Origin: Heptranchias perlo | Taxonomy: Eukaryota | DNA: 64,000 nucleotides | Assembly (NCBI RefSeq): GCF_035084215.1 | Contig: NC_090327.1 | Coordinates: forward strand, 113,026,001-113,090,000 | Direction of reading: 5' to 3' | Shown: piece after piece, positions 1-13,823 of the stretch | Numbering within the stretch: position 1 is the stretch's first letter | How the letters are laid out: the number at the start of each line of letters is the position of its first letter | Notes under the pieces: model-generated | The model's input: only the letters and a program-made list of their open reading frames with translations | Told to the model about the DNA's origin: nothing | Databases searched by the model: none | Translations under genes and position numbers: made by a program

Positions 1-444
1 GGCAGCTTGCATGATACCATTGCAACTAAAGTACTGCTTTCCCTGTTTCCATGAAGTTTATAATGTTTATCTACTAAGTTGAATTTATTCAACAAGAAAA
101 ATTGCCATTCTGGCCCATGTGATGGTGACACTTACATTCATTAATTCTGGAACCTCCTGAAGTCTGGCTCATGAAGGAAGACAGAAACCAACAACTCATG
201 TCTGCCACAAATCAAATGTGGTGATTAATTTATCAACAGGGTTCTATAATTTGGCAACATCAGATCTTAGAAGATTCCAGAATTAGTTGATATTGTGGGA
301 TGTTTCAATTTGTCTATTAATGAGAAAGAATGAGTGGGCAAAATGTAATTTCCAATAGTAACCTTCCTTTTTACTTGATATCTGTGAAAGTTTTCTTGGT
401 ATGGAATTTCAGTATCAGCATCTACATATCCTGTTCACTGCCTA

Positions 445-987
445 TTCATCTTGTTTCTACTTGCATCCTCCGTAAACTTCAGCTCATCCTAAACTCTGTT
501 GTCCGTATCCTAATTCACACCAAGTCTCGTTCTCCCATCTCCTCTGTGCTTGCTGACCTACATTGGCTCCCGGTCCGGCAACACCTCGATTTTAAAATTC
601 TCATCCTTGTTTTCAAATCCCTCCATGGCCTCGCCCCCCCTTATCTCTGTAACCTCCTCCAGCCCTACAACCCTTTGAAATCTCTGCCCTCCTCCCATTC
701 TTGCCTCCTGCACATTCCCGATTTCCGTTGCTCCACCATTGGCGGCCGTGCCTTCAGCTGCCTAGGCCCTAAGCTCTGGAATTCCCTCCCTAAACTTCTC
801 CGCATCTCTGGCTCTCTCCTCCTTTAAGATGCTCCTTAAAACTTACCTCTTTTGGTCTCCTATCCTAATATCTCCTTATGTGGCTCGGCATCAAATTTTG
901 TTTGATAATCGCTCCTGTGAAGCACTTTGGGACATTTCACTACATTAAAGGTGCTATAGAAATGCAAGTTGTTGTTATTGTTGTTGT
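445..987 (+). mobile_element. L2-clade LINE, 5'-truncated 3' end
   Basis: ORF2 C-terminal motif LHWLPV...FKILILVFKSLHGLAPPYL...GGRAFSCLGPKLWNSLP, then a 3' UTR ending in a (ttg)n tail. Confidence 0.88.
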
Positions 988-1661
988 AAGACTTGTTTTA
1001 AGATCAGTTGTGTCAAAGTTGAGATCAGTTTTTTGTAAAAGACTCCTGACCACTGGGAATAAGTTGATCATAATCCAACTTTTAATTTGCAACATGTCAG
1101 TTTATGATGATTAATAACATGGAATGGAGCCGAACCCAGGCCTCCTTTGATGAATGATTCATTTGTTTGAATCATTCCACAACTCATCTCATGCCTATAT
1201 AATTACTAAAACTGCAACCAAATCATGATTGCTTCCATTGTTTTAAAGAGAACTTTGACTTGCTTAATAAATAATTAATATTAATTATATTAATTCTAAC
1301 TTCCTTTTGTCTCTACTTATATATTTGAAATATTCATATTTAATTAGTGAACACTAATTCCATTTTTGGGCAAATGTGCTTGGTAAGTTGTTGACCCTGA
1401 CAGACTGAGGGAGTTGAATTAACCTCAGCAGAAGTACAGTCATCAACCCTGGGTGCATCAATGATTGCTGTGTTTAAACACTGTGTATTTAAATTTAGCT
1501 GCTCACCACTGGGCTTAATAACTGCTCCCTGTCATGATGTGCATGCATAACCTAAATCTCTACCAATCCACAGCACAGCACATTGAAGCACCAAAGAGCA
1601 ACTTCATAGTGCCGTTCCATCCATTTTTTTTCTTCATGGTCTTAGAGCTTGTTGTGAGATC

Positions 1662-2599
1662 TTGAATCTATCTGAAGAGCAGTGCATCAGGAGGCTGTGC
1701 TTCTCCAGGCAGGCTGCTGCAGACCTCTGCAACCTCCTTCGACAGGATCTGCTGCCTGCTGGACTGGGGGGCTACGCCTTACGAGTGGCTCTCAAAGTCA
1801 CCACAGCTCTTAACCTCTTTTCCACTGGCTCCTTCCAGTGTGATACAGGGGACATCAACTGCATCTCCCAGTCTGCAGTGCACAGCTGCATTAAGCAGTG
1901 ACTGCCGCTCTGTTCGCCAGGGCTGAACAGTATAGCATCTTCCCCATTGACTTCAGCAGTCAACGGGAGAGAGCTAGGAGATTTGCAGCAGTGGCTGGCT
2001 TCCTTTGCGCCCACTTGACTGCGCACACTTTGCCATCAGGGCACCAGAACACCAGCCAGCAACATTCATCAATAGAAAAAACTACCACTCCATTAATGTC
2101 CAGGCAGTGTCCAATCACAGAAACAGGATCATGCAAGTTTGTGCAAGGTACCCAGGCAGCTGTCACGGTGCATTTATTCTGCAACAGTCTACCGGCCCCC
2201 CAATATTCGATCCTTCTAGGAATGTGACAGGGTGGCTGCTGGGGCACAAGGGGTACCCCTATCCACATGGCTCACGAAACCCCTCTGCAACCAACCATGC
2301 CTGAGCTGCACAGGTATAATCAAAGCCAGAAGATCACCAGAATGATTATTGAGCATACCATAGGACTGCTGAAGCAGAGGTTCAGATATCTGGATGGATC
2401 TGATGGCTCCCTACAATATGCCCCACAAAGAGTCTCCCACATCATAGTGTTGTGCTGCATCCTGCACAATCTCGCCATACAGAAAGGCCTGCATTTGGAG
2501 GAGTCGCAGCAGCAGCAGCCCTCGTCAGACGAGGTAGACCAGGATGAAGGCGAGGAAGCAACAGAAGAAAGAGGGCCACCTCAATGCCTTACAGCATGA
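1662..2599 (+). pseudogene. Harbinger (HARBI1-like DDE) transposase pseudogene
   Basis: Motifs across frames: LKVTTALNLFSTGSFQ, ISQSAV, LDCAH, NRKNYHSINVQAV, YPGSCHGA, LLGHKGY, IEHTIGLLKQRFRYL, CCILHN. Several frameshifts, and the conserved GD has become GH. Confidence 0.9.
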
Positions 2600-2792
2600 G
2601 GTGTGAGGGCTGAGTTCATTACTCAGTAATTCGGTCACCAGCTCATGCCCCTCCCCTCTGCATTCAGACAACTTCCATATCAATGACATAGTAAAATTGC
2701 AGACTCAGAAGCTGCTATAAAGGCTTGAGACCAAAGTACCAAATATGATAAAGGTGATTAGTTTAATGGCAAACATAATAAATGCCGTCCAT

Positions 2793-4797
2793 TCATTTCC
2801 ACCCAAGTGGAAAGCACGATGCCTTTCTTATAACAAGGTTTCCTAACTCTACTACACCTACGAGGTGCTCCTCTAGTGGCCTCAGCAAAGCTGGTGGAAG
2901 GCTGCTGTTCCACATGTTGGGACCCTTGAGATGCTCGTGGCCTGTGACCTCTGGGTGTTCAAGCCTGTGAGGGCCCGTCTGCAGACTGCTGCACCTCGGC
3001 TGCTGCTGGACAGTCTGGCCCAGCTGACTTGTAGGCAGTATGGCGGGTATTGGTTGAGGGGGAGGTGAAGGAGCGGACTTGCTGATATCCTGAGTGGGCA
3101 ACAGGTACTGCTCCCATCGCGCCACTGCCACTTCAATGGGGCTGGGCTTATCATTTCCTTGGATCTGCGGGAGAGCAGACTGCAGAAGATGAGTGGCTCC
3201 TTGAAAGCCCCTATGTCCAGCTATCCGCCCACGGTGGACACCTGTCTCTCCAAGGTAGAGCGCAGATTTTGCAAGGCAGCCATTTAAGCTTTCACCAAAG
3301 CTGCAAAGGCTGGTGACACTGATTCCTGTTGTGAGGGCCGGGCTGCAGTGTCCCTGGATATGGCCACACTCCAAAGTAGACGGCAGAGTGCTGATGCCAC
3401 ACGAGAGGCAAATAGTTTTCTTTTCCTATCTGGGCCCCTGAAGTCCTCATCTCTGTCCTGCTCAGCAGAGCTGCGAGAGAACCTTGTCCTTTGTCGAGCT
3501 GTCTCCTGGGCTATCCCTGCCACCAGTCCCCGCTGCTACTCGTGCTGTGTGTTTCACCACGTGCAGATCCCTCTGCTTCACTTTCTAACCCATGCGGACT
3601 TCCAATGTCTTTGCTGGTGCTTGGGAGGGATGGAGCCCATGATGGTCATCCTCAGGAGGATTGTCCTCCATCGAAGTGTCTTCTTCAGGAGCCTTTTGCT
3701 GCTGATAAGTCCCAGAGGAAAGAGAAAAGGGACAAGAGTCAGGATGGCACTGAGAGGCTGGACATTAGCAGGTGACAACCTTGAGAATGCAGCATGACAT
3801 TGTGAAGCTTGCTGAATATTTGCTAAGGTGAATGAAGGGTTACAAGTAAATTAAGGGAAAGCTAGATAGGTACATGAGGGAGAAAGGAATAGTGGGATAT
3901 CTTGATAGGGTGAGATGAAGTAAGGTGGGAAGAGACTCGTGTGGTGCATAAACACCGGCATAGACCTGTTGGGCTGAATGGCCTGTTTCTGTGCTGTAAA
4001 TACTATGTAAGTGATATGCAGGTACCCTGCTCAGGTAAGCCATCAGCTTCACCTTCCCTGATCTCATGGCTCTGCCTGCACTACTAATCTCTAGGGCTTC
4101 TTGCTCTGTTTCGGTGTGGGCTAGAACGTTGGGTATTCCTGCCCCGGTCTTGATCCTTTCCCTTGCATCATGCATTGTCTTGTCCAGTGGACAAGAGAGG
4201 GTGAAAGTGAATAGCTGCTGAAAAGTTAAGTGAAGATGTGTGGGGTCTGTGCACTTAGTGCATGTGTTGAGAACTGGAGAAGAAGCAAAATGGAATGAGG
4301 ATGGGGAGATGCTGAATGTGAAGTGAGGAAAGAGTGTTGGGAGGAGTTGCTGGTTGTGAGAAGAGAATTGTGTTCATGTGTGGTGTGAAGAGCACAAAGG
4401 AAGAAGTGAGTGGGCTTGGAATGAAAAGGAGAGATGTTGCAGTGAGCTTTGTGATTGTATGCTAAAAGATGTGATGGAGTGGAGGGAATTGTTCAGAGAG
4501 GTGGAGGTGAGAGGAGTGTTGTCAGGTGTTGTTGAGAGAGATGGAGAGATGAAAAGGTGAACTCACCCTTGCTGCTCTTGTGAGGCCATTGAACCTTCTT
4601 TGTCCATTAAAACCAGGTCCTGGGGGTGATGCTGGTGGCACTGACCCTGTCAGCCACCTCTATCCAGGCCTGCACAAGTGTGGTCCTGGGGATGCTCCTG
4701 CAGCTTCTGGAGAACAGTATCTCCCTCCTTGTCCCAACCTTCTCCACCAGATTTCCAGGGAGGCATCAGAAAACCTGGAGGCAGTTCTCCGACTCAT
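2793..4797 (-). pseudogene. Harbinger accessory Myb/SANT-like gene remnant (exons ~4797-4567, ~4185-4027, ~3700-2793)
   Basis: RFSDASLE...REILF...QAWIEVADRVSATSITPRTW (frameshifted) ends at a gtgagt donor. Next exon reads HDARERIKTGAGIPN...TETEQEALE. Confidence 0.75.
3845..4010 (+). mobile_element. CR1-type 3' UTR fragment inserted in the Harbinger element
   Basis: Ends gggctgaatggcctgtttctgtgctgtaa; closely similar to 61480-61625. Confidence 0.75.
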
Positions 4798-7700
4798 TTC
4801 TAGTGCTACAATTATTTCTACAACAGTTGAAATGAAATTCAAAGCAAGAAATGTAACCATGCTTCAAGAGGTGCTTTCCTGCTTTAAAGAGGCCTCAAGA
4901 GGCTCATCCGAAATTGTGCGCATCATGTGGGTGGGCTGCCCGATTCCCGACGCAATCGGGTGGGCAGCTCATCAATCATATTGAAATAAGACCTGCGAGT
5001 TAAAATCGACCGGGCCTCACGCTTGCGATGCCATGGGGGCTTTCTGCTCCCGCCCACCCGATTCATGCTCCAAGTTAAAATCGGGGCTTAACATTCCTGA
5101 CCATCTCTTCATTACTCAATTATTGAAAACTTGGAACCTGGAACAGAACTGCATTCATATCAAAATATTAATTGCTTTATACAATTTTGTATTGCTTTAC
5201 TGATCTGGAGCATTTCTGAGTATAGTTCTGTCATTGCTGATGCAGTAAGTTTTGTTAATTATCTTTCAGTTTTTGTACTAAGCAATGCATTTTCATTCAA
5301 ACATTAATCTTTTTACTTTGGAGCAAGCCAACTCCTCTTGTGCTTCTGACAGTGCAGCCTATTTGCATTTAATATATAACACCTTGTCATTCGACAGACT
5401 AAAATTTCAATATTAAAAGGGACAATATAATTCAATGAAATTCACCTTAATCCCTCATGCTTATCAAGGCAGATATCTGAACTGTTACTGGTATCTCTCA
5501 GTTGCCTCTCATTATTGTGTTTTATGTTTTGAAACTTTGCCGGGTAGAAGCAACCTTGCAGCAGAGATTTAAGGGCCGATTTTCCGAACAAATGCTTCCA
5601 GTAAGGAGCCTTGCACACAGGAGCACAAATCAGGAAATCATTGGCACAATCCCCAGGATTTTTCCATTCATTCATTTTAATAGACTCCTCACTGGGAGTA
5701 TATATTTGGGAAATCTGACCTACATCATTGCATGGTTGCATTTTGTTGACATTATTTTGTGAACAATTGACTGTGGGAACGCTACAGAACTATTATCAAT
5801 TCAGGTGGCTTCTGCACTAAAGCGTTTAATTTGTGGTCCCAGTAAAATCTGTGCCGGGAATGTCTAGTCAGCACAAAGCAAGTCGAAAGAGCATTGTGCT
5901 GACTACGTGCAATTTAAAATTTGAACATTTAGCATGAGCTCCCAGCACAGCTTTGACCTTGGTGTAGCAGCTAGGTTAATGGGGATTCAAATTTAAAGGG
6001 ATGTGGCCACTTAAAAGTAAGTGGCTGTATGTGGGCACAACTATTATTTCAGACATTCTAAAGATTCGAAATGGATTTTAAATGATTTGAGCTTTTTCCA
6101 CAGCTGTTGTGGGTGGGGCTGGGGATGGAGGGGGGGGGAATGGTGGTTAAGAGAAAGAAGGGCCAGGAAAGAAATGGTGAAAGGATTGCAGAGTGAGCAG
6201 ATAGGTGGTAGATTCCATTCAAGACATAGAAATGTGAAGCAATGCATTTTGCGAAAAAATAACAGTGAAAGGATTTATATCTGCAAAGGTAAGATTTTCA
6301 GCAGAGTAGAGGGTGGAGGATCAGAGACATCTAGGGTTTCAGATACATAAATGTTTGAAGGTAGAAGTGCAGATAGAAAAGGCCATTAGAAAAGACAAAT
6401 GGGATTCTGAGTTTTACACATGGGCATTGAACATAAAAACAGATGTTGAATTTGCACAAGACATTAGTCAGTTTAATGCAGTAGTCACCTTCACAACCAC
6501 AGGAAGGGCCATTCCTGAGTCCAAGTTATCTGCAGGTTAGACTCCAAGAGACAGCATAGCTATGTGACAGCCTTTTTTGTGAAGTGGAAGTATCAAAGAC
6601 AGGTCTTCTCTCACATGCCTCAGATGGAACATCTGGATCAATAAATGTGGGTCTTTAGGTGAGGATGTGTGTGGAGATAATACCACAGATGTAGATGCAT
6701 CTGCCTTTATTGTCCGTTCATAAATTCAGTTTCCTCTTCCAAATCTGAAAAAAGCTATTGGATCTCCCAAAAGATTTTCCATCCTCAACACTTGGCCGCA
6801 TGTTGAATTGCAGCTGCCAGCTGTATTAAAACCATATTGGCAAACAAAAGTCTCAGTAATGCAAAAATTATCCCTCCACAGCAATAGGAATGAATGCATT
6901 GAGGAAAATGCAACAAAAATAAAATGCTTACTCTAAAAACATTACAAACTATACAAACTACTTTAAGGATCCTATTTCTACAAGCCTAGCCAATTAAACA
7001 ATCATCATTCCCATTTTATATGGGTGAAGTACACACTGGGGATGGAGCTAGTGATAAGAGTATGAAATTTGGTGTTGGACCAATTATAATTATTATAACT
7101 ATTCAATGGAGTGTAGTGCTGGGCTCGGCACAGCCTCTTTGTACCAGGCAAGTTTCTTCACCGCCAAGTGGGGTGGGTGGCGAATCAACACACTGACTTG
7201 CACACCTGATTTGATGATCCGCTTTCACTGCTGATGTGACTACACTAATTGGGGCTAAAATAGCTATTGCCAGACAGCCTCTAGCTGACAGTTTTAAAGC
7301 ATAAAACACAATAATAAGGGGCGGCTAATAGACATTGGTAGCCATCCAGTTACCCTTTTGGGCCCTCGATGACTGCGGGGTTCTCCCGATCTCCTGCCGT
7401 AACATTGACGGACGATCGGCGGGAGCTGTATCTCTGGGAGCTCCACCGATCTCCCCTCTGGAGAATCCTCGCGGAAATTCCAGATGATAATATTTATGCA
7501 TCGTGGAACGGTTTAGTAAAGTACACTTCTGCTTTAAGTAAAATGGGTAATTAAACACAAGGGAGTTGATCGTCATCTCTATGTAGTCTCATTAACAGAA
7601 CCCTTTTTAAAATGAATTATAAAGAGTTGCGATTAACTTCAACATCTTATTTATTACTCTCCATAAATTTTATTGATTATGATTGTTTAAACATGGTTAT

Positions 7701-10700
7701 TGTACCAGCTGGTTTGATTGTGCGGCAGAGCTGATTGAACACTGGTACAGAGATGGATATGAACCCTTAGCAGGATTCAGCTTCCATTTGAATACAATTA
7801 ACACTAATTGATGTAGCTCACATGGATAAAATTAACACAAGATATTTCCCCTGCTGACTGATTATAAAAAAAAACATGAAACAAATCAAAAGGATGAAAA
7901 AGTATTAACTTTAATTCTTTACCATTCTTTTTGAGAAAATTAAGGTGAAAGTTCTCTACCAAATGGTTTTCTGCTTTTGTCATCATTAAGCTCCCCCAGG
8001 GGTAAACAGCGCAGACCTGTAAAATGGCCTCTGCTTTGCCAAGGCCCCAAAAATATGATTATCTCAGAAGGATCCTTATTGCAATGGGACAGGTTCATTT
8101 CTCACACCAGCCATCACTGTAGCCTCCCTGAGTAACTTAGTTAATTCAATGCTAATTTGTGCTGAATTGTAGGCCAATGTTCATGCTTTGATCCTGCACA
8201 TTAAGCTGTAGAACCCTTTTAATTCAGAGAGAGGAGACCTTCACCCAGCAATTTAGGCCAGCTATGAGCCAATGTCCCAGAAGTAAAAAGCTAGTATGTT
8301 AACCTAGTGCATCATTTAATCCTCTGCAATAATTTGATTTGTTATTTTTAAAGTGGTACTGATACTGGGAATTGTACATTATCACATATGACGTTCAGAG
8401 AGATTGTTAGACAAAGTGAGTACAATTTGAAGTTTTTCTTAATTAATATGATTCCAAGTATAATTTGCTTGCATTGTTTTTGACTTGCTCTCTGACCTGA
8501 ATGTAGACAGGTATTTTTTTTAAATTCACATGGTCTTGACCTGAATATGAAAGCCAAAATATAAAAAACCTAAAATGTGCAAAGTCAAAGAAGAAATACA
8601 GATGCCTTGGATAAATGTCTTTCCCCTAGAATCTACACAGAATCGAACAGGTCAGACCCATCTTCCATAGATTCATTGATGGACACCAACACAATTTAAA
8701 GAAAAAAATTAAATTAAAAGGAATCATTTCCCAACAGGTTCCTCTTTTGGTAATCCAAAAAACATGAAGGGACGCAAACTATTGCTACAGGATGACAAAA
8801 TCATTCATATGTTGACCGGATAAAAAGGCAACTTGTCCTACTACAGTGTTGTCCAATAGAAATTGCTAACTAGCTACAGGTGTAGCTACAATGACATTGT
8901 TTTAGTCACATGCAATAATTTTAGTAGAAAAACAGCTTACATACACTTACACAATACAGGTAAATGTGCTTCACATGTGTATATTAACTGAACAAACTAC
9001 TACCACCATTCAGTAACCAAGCAAGTAAAGCATGCACAACAATCAAAAAACACTCGCACTCTGCTTATTAGGGGGAAGGTTGTACGCAGGTGGAGCTTTA
9101 TTAAATTTTCACCAAGATTTTTATTACCAATGGTGGTTGTCATGGTAGACAGTAACGGACAGCAAGTTACTATAACGAAATTACGGAATTTGAACTGAGG
9201 TGCAGTGGCATTATGTCATGTGATTTATGCTTCATTTATATCTTGTTTTATTCTGTTGCATGATACCAAGGAATAACACATAAATTAGAGAAAAACTAAT
9301 ACCTCGGAGAGATTAAAAGGCAGTTTGATTAAGTGGATCAGACCATTTCGTAATCTGCAAGGGCAGATCATTAGGAATGCTTCATTCAACTTCTACATGC
9401 ATATACATAAGAAACAATTCAAATAAGGAAACTACAGGAAACTGACCCTGTAGATTTTGGTGCATTGACTTGCAGTAGATATGCAAACATCTGGGGCTTG
9501 AGTTTCTGTGGGGGTTTTCCCATGTGTCTGCTGTTTCTCTGGAGTTTCTGCGGATCTTCCGTGGATGATATGATGGTTGATTGGGAAAACTGCCTCAGAA
9601 ATGAATGGCGTTGATCTCCCACAAACCCTACTGCACATAAAGTCTTGTGCTGGTATCAAAACATGAACCTTTTTCTCCTATCATCAGAAGCAATATAGTT
9701 CCCTGTTTATATGCCGGAAAAAATTATACTGTATTCGTGTTTCCCCACTGTCAGTTGATGAATATAATTTTTTTTATATACGAGTGTCAATGGAGTTGAG
9801 AGACTTCAGAAAATCACTCCACAATGCCATCTGCTTGCCAGAGCCTGCAACTGCATTATTACAGGTAAAAGTTTACATATAAGATTCCTATTCTAAACGT
9901 TAAATGTTGACATAAAATCTTGACCAAAAATTATGACATTAGGAAGTTGGACAGGAATACACAAGATTTTTAATAATATACTAGTTGATTTCCCGTGGCA
10001 TTGCACATGGTAAGTCAGAAAACATGATAACAGTCTTACTCGTCTTTGCCGTCTACCTCTCTCAGCCCCCCTTCTACCCTAACCCTGAACTCCCATCTCT
10101 CCCATGTTTCTCCCCTACTTCCCCCATACCCGCTTCCAGCTCATCAGGAGATCTACTTTCTGCTCCCTTGACCCACTAAGCTCCTGATTACTTAGCCTCT
10201 TCCTAGCCCCCACGCTAGCTGAAATTATAAATGCTTTCCTCTCCTCAGGGATGGGTTGGGGGGGGGGGGTTCGCACCACATTCTTGACACATTTCCATCC
10301 CCCACCATTTTAACTAGCCTGAAATTGGGCACAGGAAGACTGCCCGCCCCAGAGGAGCGGGGGCCTAATTTAAATGGCAGAGGCACAACCGATGACATCA
10401 TCAGGACATGCACACAATTCTAACCGCAGGCCTGACTAAGGACTGCACGGTCTCTAACTCGCCAGTGAAAAATGGTGGCAGCAAGGATCCTGGCCACAGG
10501 AGGCTCAGGCAAGTTTAATTTTTTTTTTAAATGTTTGAATTCTTAAAGGTTCCTCTTGGGCCGGGAGGAGCATGAGTGCTTGTCCTGTCCTCACAATGAT
10601 ACCTTGGGCTTCATTGTCTCGGGATTTCACCCCTCCCCTCATTGAAATCTTGACCTCAGGCCATACCAAAGCACTTTACAGCCAATGAAGTACCTGTTAC

Positions 10701-10990
10701 AGCTTCAGTGGCCTACAAGTGAAGTATTTGGCTTCACTTATTTCCATAGCCATCTGGGAGAAAGAAAAGCACATTTAAGTTATATGTGCATATGTGAGTG
10801 AGTCAGGGAGATCTAAAATTATACTTGTGAATGAATCTTAAATGCAGAATTTCAAGTACTGAGAAATGCATGAACTGATTCCGACAGCTGAAAATTATTC
10901 TTCAGGAAATTTTGTTCTCATGAATAGTAATAAAGTATCCAAATGCTCAAAGTCATGCATTATGTACATAGCCAGTGTCTAATGAATGAC

Positions 10991-11122
10991 ATAAAAGCAA
11001 AATATTGCGGATGCTGGAAATCTGAAATGAAAACAGAAAATGCAGGAAATACTCAGAAGGTCAGGCAGCACCTGTGGAGAAAAAAAGAGTTAAGGTTTCA
11101 GGTCGATGACCTTTCGAAAGGT
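10991..11122 (-). mobile_element. Short Penelope-like terminal fragment (family B) with partial hammerhead
   Basis: Homologous to 20318-20414. Ends in the perfect palindrome acctttcgaaaggt (11109-11122). Confidence 0.75.
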
Positions 11123-11213
11123 GAATATTGATAGTTCTTTGCCAATTGATTTGATTCTAGTTAGAATAAATTGATGTTCTATCCTATTCATGTGAAGCTG
11201 ATGTTCAAACAAC

Positions 11214-11981
11214 GGCCCAGAAATTACTCACCTCCAGACGCTGTTTATCAATGACGTCCTCTCTCTCTGCTGGCGAAGACAGGGACCAAGTTCGCGAATG
11301 CACTCATGCGCACTAAAACCCGGAAATCGTGAACTTGCCCCCATTACTTCGCCGGCAGTTTAACAGGTCCGAATTAAAGGGCCACGGCACATTTCAATCA
11401 ATAAAATCATTAAACAATCGTAAACTTACCCATCTGCCCAGCTGGAACAAAGATACTTACGCCACCAAAAGGTATGCTGGAAAGCACCAGCCCTACACTA
11501 CTTTTTAAAAGCGCGATGACTGTTAATGACTGAGAAACAACAAAAAATTAAATTTTAAAAATGTGGAATGTCATATTACTCTTTTTCATTAAAAAAAATT
11601 ATAATTAAAAATTAAAATTTTTTTTTTACTTTTAACTTCTGTAAGTTTCATTAAATTAAATAATTTGCTTGGCTTTTTATTATAAGATATGTTAATTTTT
11701 TATTTAAACTAATGTACAGAAGTTTACTTTAAATGATTGAGTTTTACTTGCCTGCTTGTGGCCGTGACTTCTCTTCTTGACAGATTCTGTGGGCGAGGTT
11801 TCCATTCCCACAGTCTCTATCGATACGAAGAAACCTGCGCTGAAGTCACAGCACTGAACTTAAAAAAAAAATGAAGAGGGAGCAATTGGACACCGGAGAC
11901 CACCAGGTAAGTATTTTAGTCGTGTTTGTCCGCCGGACATGCGGATAGCCTTGCAACGCCAGTCGGAGCAAGTTCTGGCCC
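11214..11981. mobile_element. TIR-bounded non-autonomous DNA element (MITE)
   Basis: Left end ggcccagaaattactc vs reverse complement of right end gggccagaacttgctc (13/16). GC-rich ends, AT-rich middle. Confidence 0.7.
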
Positions 11982-13823
11982 ATTAAATTTGGGGCATTGA
12001 ATGTTTTAGCAATATTTGTTATAGAACCTCGTGATGGATAGCTACTATAAACCAAATCTACCATTTCGTCTAGTGACTCATTTCAATGACTTTTTGACAC
12101 TAGGTAAACAATATCAATCATTTCCTGTTAACAAATCTGAAGTTTATTGACCTGTTTTCAGAAACCTCATGATCTTGCTGACAAAATAGCAACCACACCA
12201 ACCTCTGTCAACATATTAAATAATCCAGTTACTAAACATCAAAATCAGCCACTTGCAAATTTGATTCCACGTACTTGCAAACAGGGAACTTGATTGTGCA
12301 ATGAGGTAGTACACTGTCTTTCCATTTCTCTGACCTATGTCAGATCCACTCCAGATTAATGGAATCACATCTTTCTGTGTTGCCTATAAGGATCTTAAAT
12401 ATCTCCAGTTCCAAGTAGGTACTGGCTCAGCACCAAACTGCCTGAATTTTGTCACATATTAGTGATCTCCCTAAGAACAGTCATAAGAATGTCTGGTGTA
12501 GGAGGATGAAAAATAGGGCTAATCAGATTAGTAATATGACCGTAGCAGATGCCAGTAAAATATTTGAATTTATATTCTTCAATTTACCAATATTTTCATT
12601 GAAACATTTCTTTCTCTAGTTTTTTTTGCAAATTGCCTGGTGTTTATATAAGAGCTGGATCATACTGATATTAGAACTCCTGGCTCTGCTGCAAGCAAAG
12701 CCAGATGAAAAGTACCAATTAACATCAATAAATCTAAATAACTAGATGTATATCAACATCTCATGAAACTAAATGACAATTCCCACCTGTCAACATGCCT
12801 GTTAATGTTTTAGCAAAGTAGATATTTTAGTGACTTATCTACCCATTGCGACATTTTAATAAAAAGTGACATAATACTCCAAAACATTTTGTGTGTGCAT
12901 TCAACAAACACTTTAACATCACCTATATTGAGTTTATTTGCATTCCTTTATTGTACATAGATGTTTCCCTTACCAAAAGTATATATATCCCACTATTAAC
13001 CATGCATTTGCCAATACTGCATCAGTACTTCAATGTATGCTGCTGGTATTTCAGGGTGATGTGGAGATGCCGGTGATGGACTGGGGTTGACAATTGTAAA
13101 CAATTTTACAACACCAAGTTATAGTCCAGCAATTTTATTTTAAATTCACAAGCTTTCGGAGATTTTCTCCTTCCTCAGGCAAATGTTTCAAGAGCTCCTT
13201 GAAGCCTACGCATTTATACATATTGAACAATACATGGTGTTTACAGACTGCCCCTGCAACTGCCCGTTGCCAAGGCAATCACCGTGTTCAGACAGAGAGG
13301 TGTCACCTGCAGAACCCCCGAATACACATTCAACAAAAAAACAAACAGGGAAAAAAAACAGAGAAAAAAAACACAGAGAGAGGCAGAAACATCCGGAAGG
13401 CAGAGAGAGCCAGCAAATGACCCATTATATTAAAAACAGATAACATTTGTTCGCTGGTGGGGTAACGTGTAGCGTGACATGAACCCAAGATCCCGGTTGA
13501 GGCCGTCCTCATGGGTGCGGAACTTGGCTATCAATTTCTGCTCGACGATTTTGCGTTGTCGTGTGTCTCGAAGGCCGCCTTGGAGTACGCTTACCCGAAG
13601 GTCGGTGGATGAATGTCCATGACTGCTGAAGTGTTCCCCGACTGGGAGGGAACCCTCCTGTTTGGCGATTGTTGCACGGTGTCCGTTCATCCGTTGTCGC
13701 AGCGTCTGCATGGTCTCGCCAATGTACCATGCTCTGGGGCATCCTTTCCTGCAACGTATGAGGTGGACAACGTTGGCCGAGTCACAGGAGTATGAACCAT
13801 GCACCTGGTGGGTGGTGATATGA

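Larger units (their letters stand above)
1655..5087. mobile_element. Decayed autonomous-type PIF/Harbinger transposon (convergent transposase and Myb/SANT genes), left end missing
   Basis: Transposase remnant on +, spliced Myb/SANT remnant on -. Right end aaaatcggggc is followed by ttaa and resembles the TIRs of MITEs elsewhere in the window. Confidence 0.85.

Noticed and set aside
1662-2599. Domesticated HARBI1 host gene
   Set aside because: Multiple frameshifts, a mutated catalytic motif, and an adjacent Myb gene and TIR indicate a dead transposon.
8040-8320. Possible LF-SINE-like remnant
   Set aside because: Similarity is too weak to support without a profile search.
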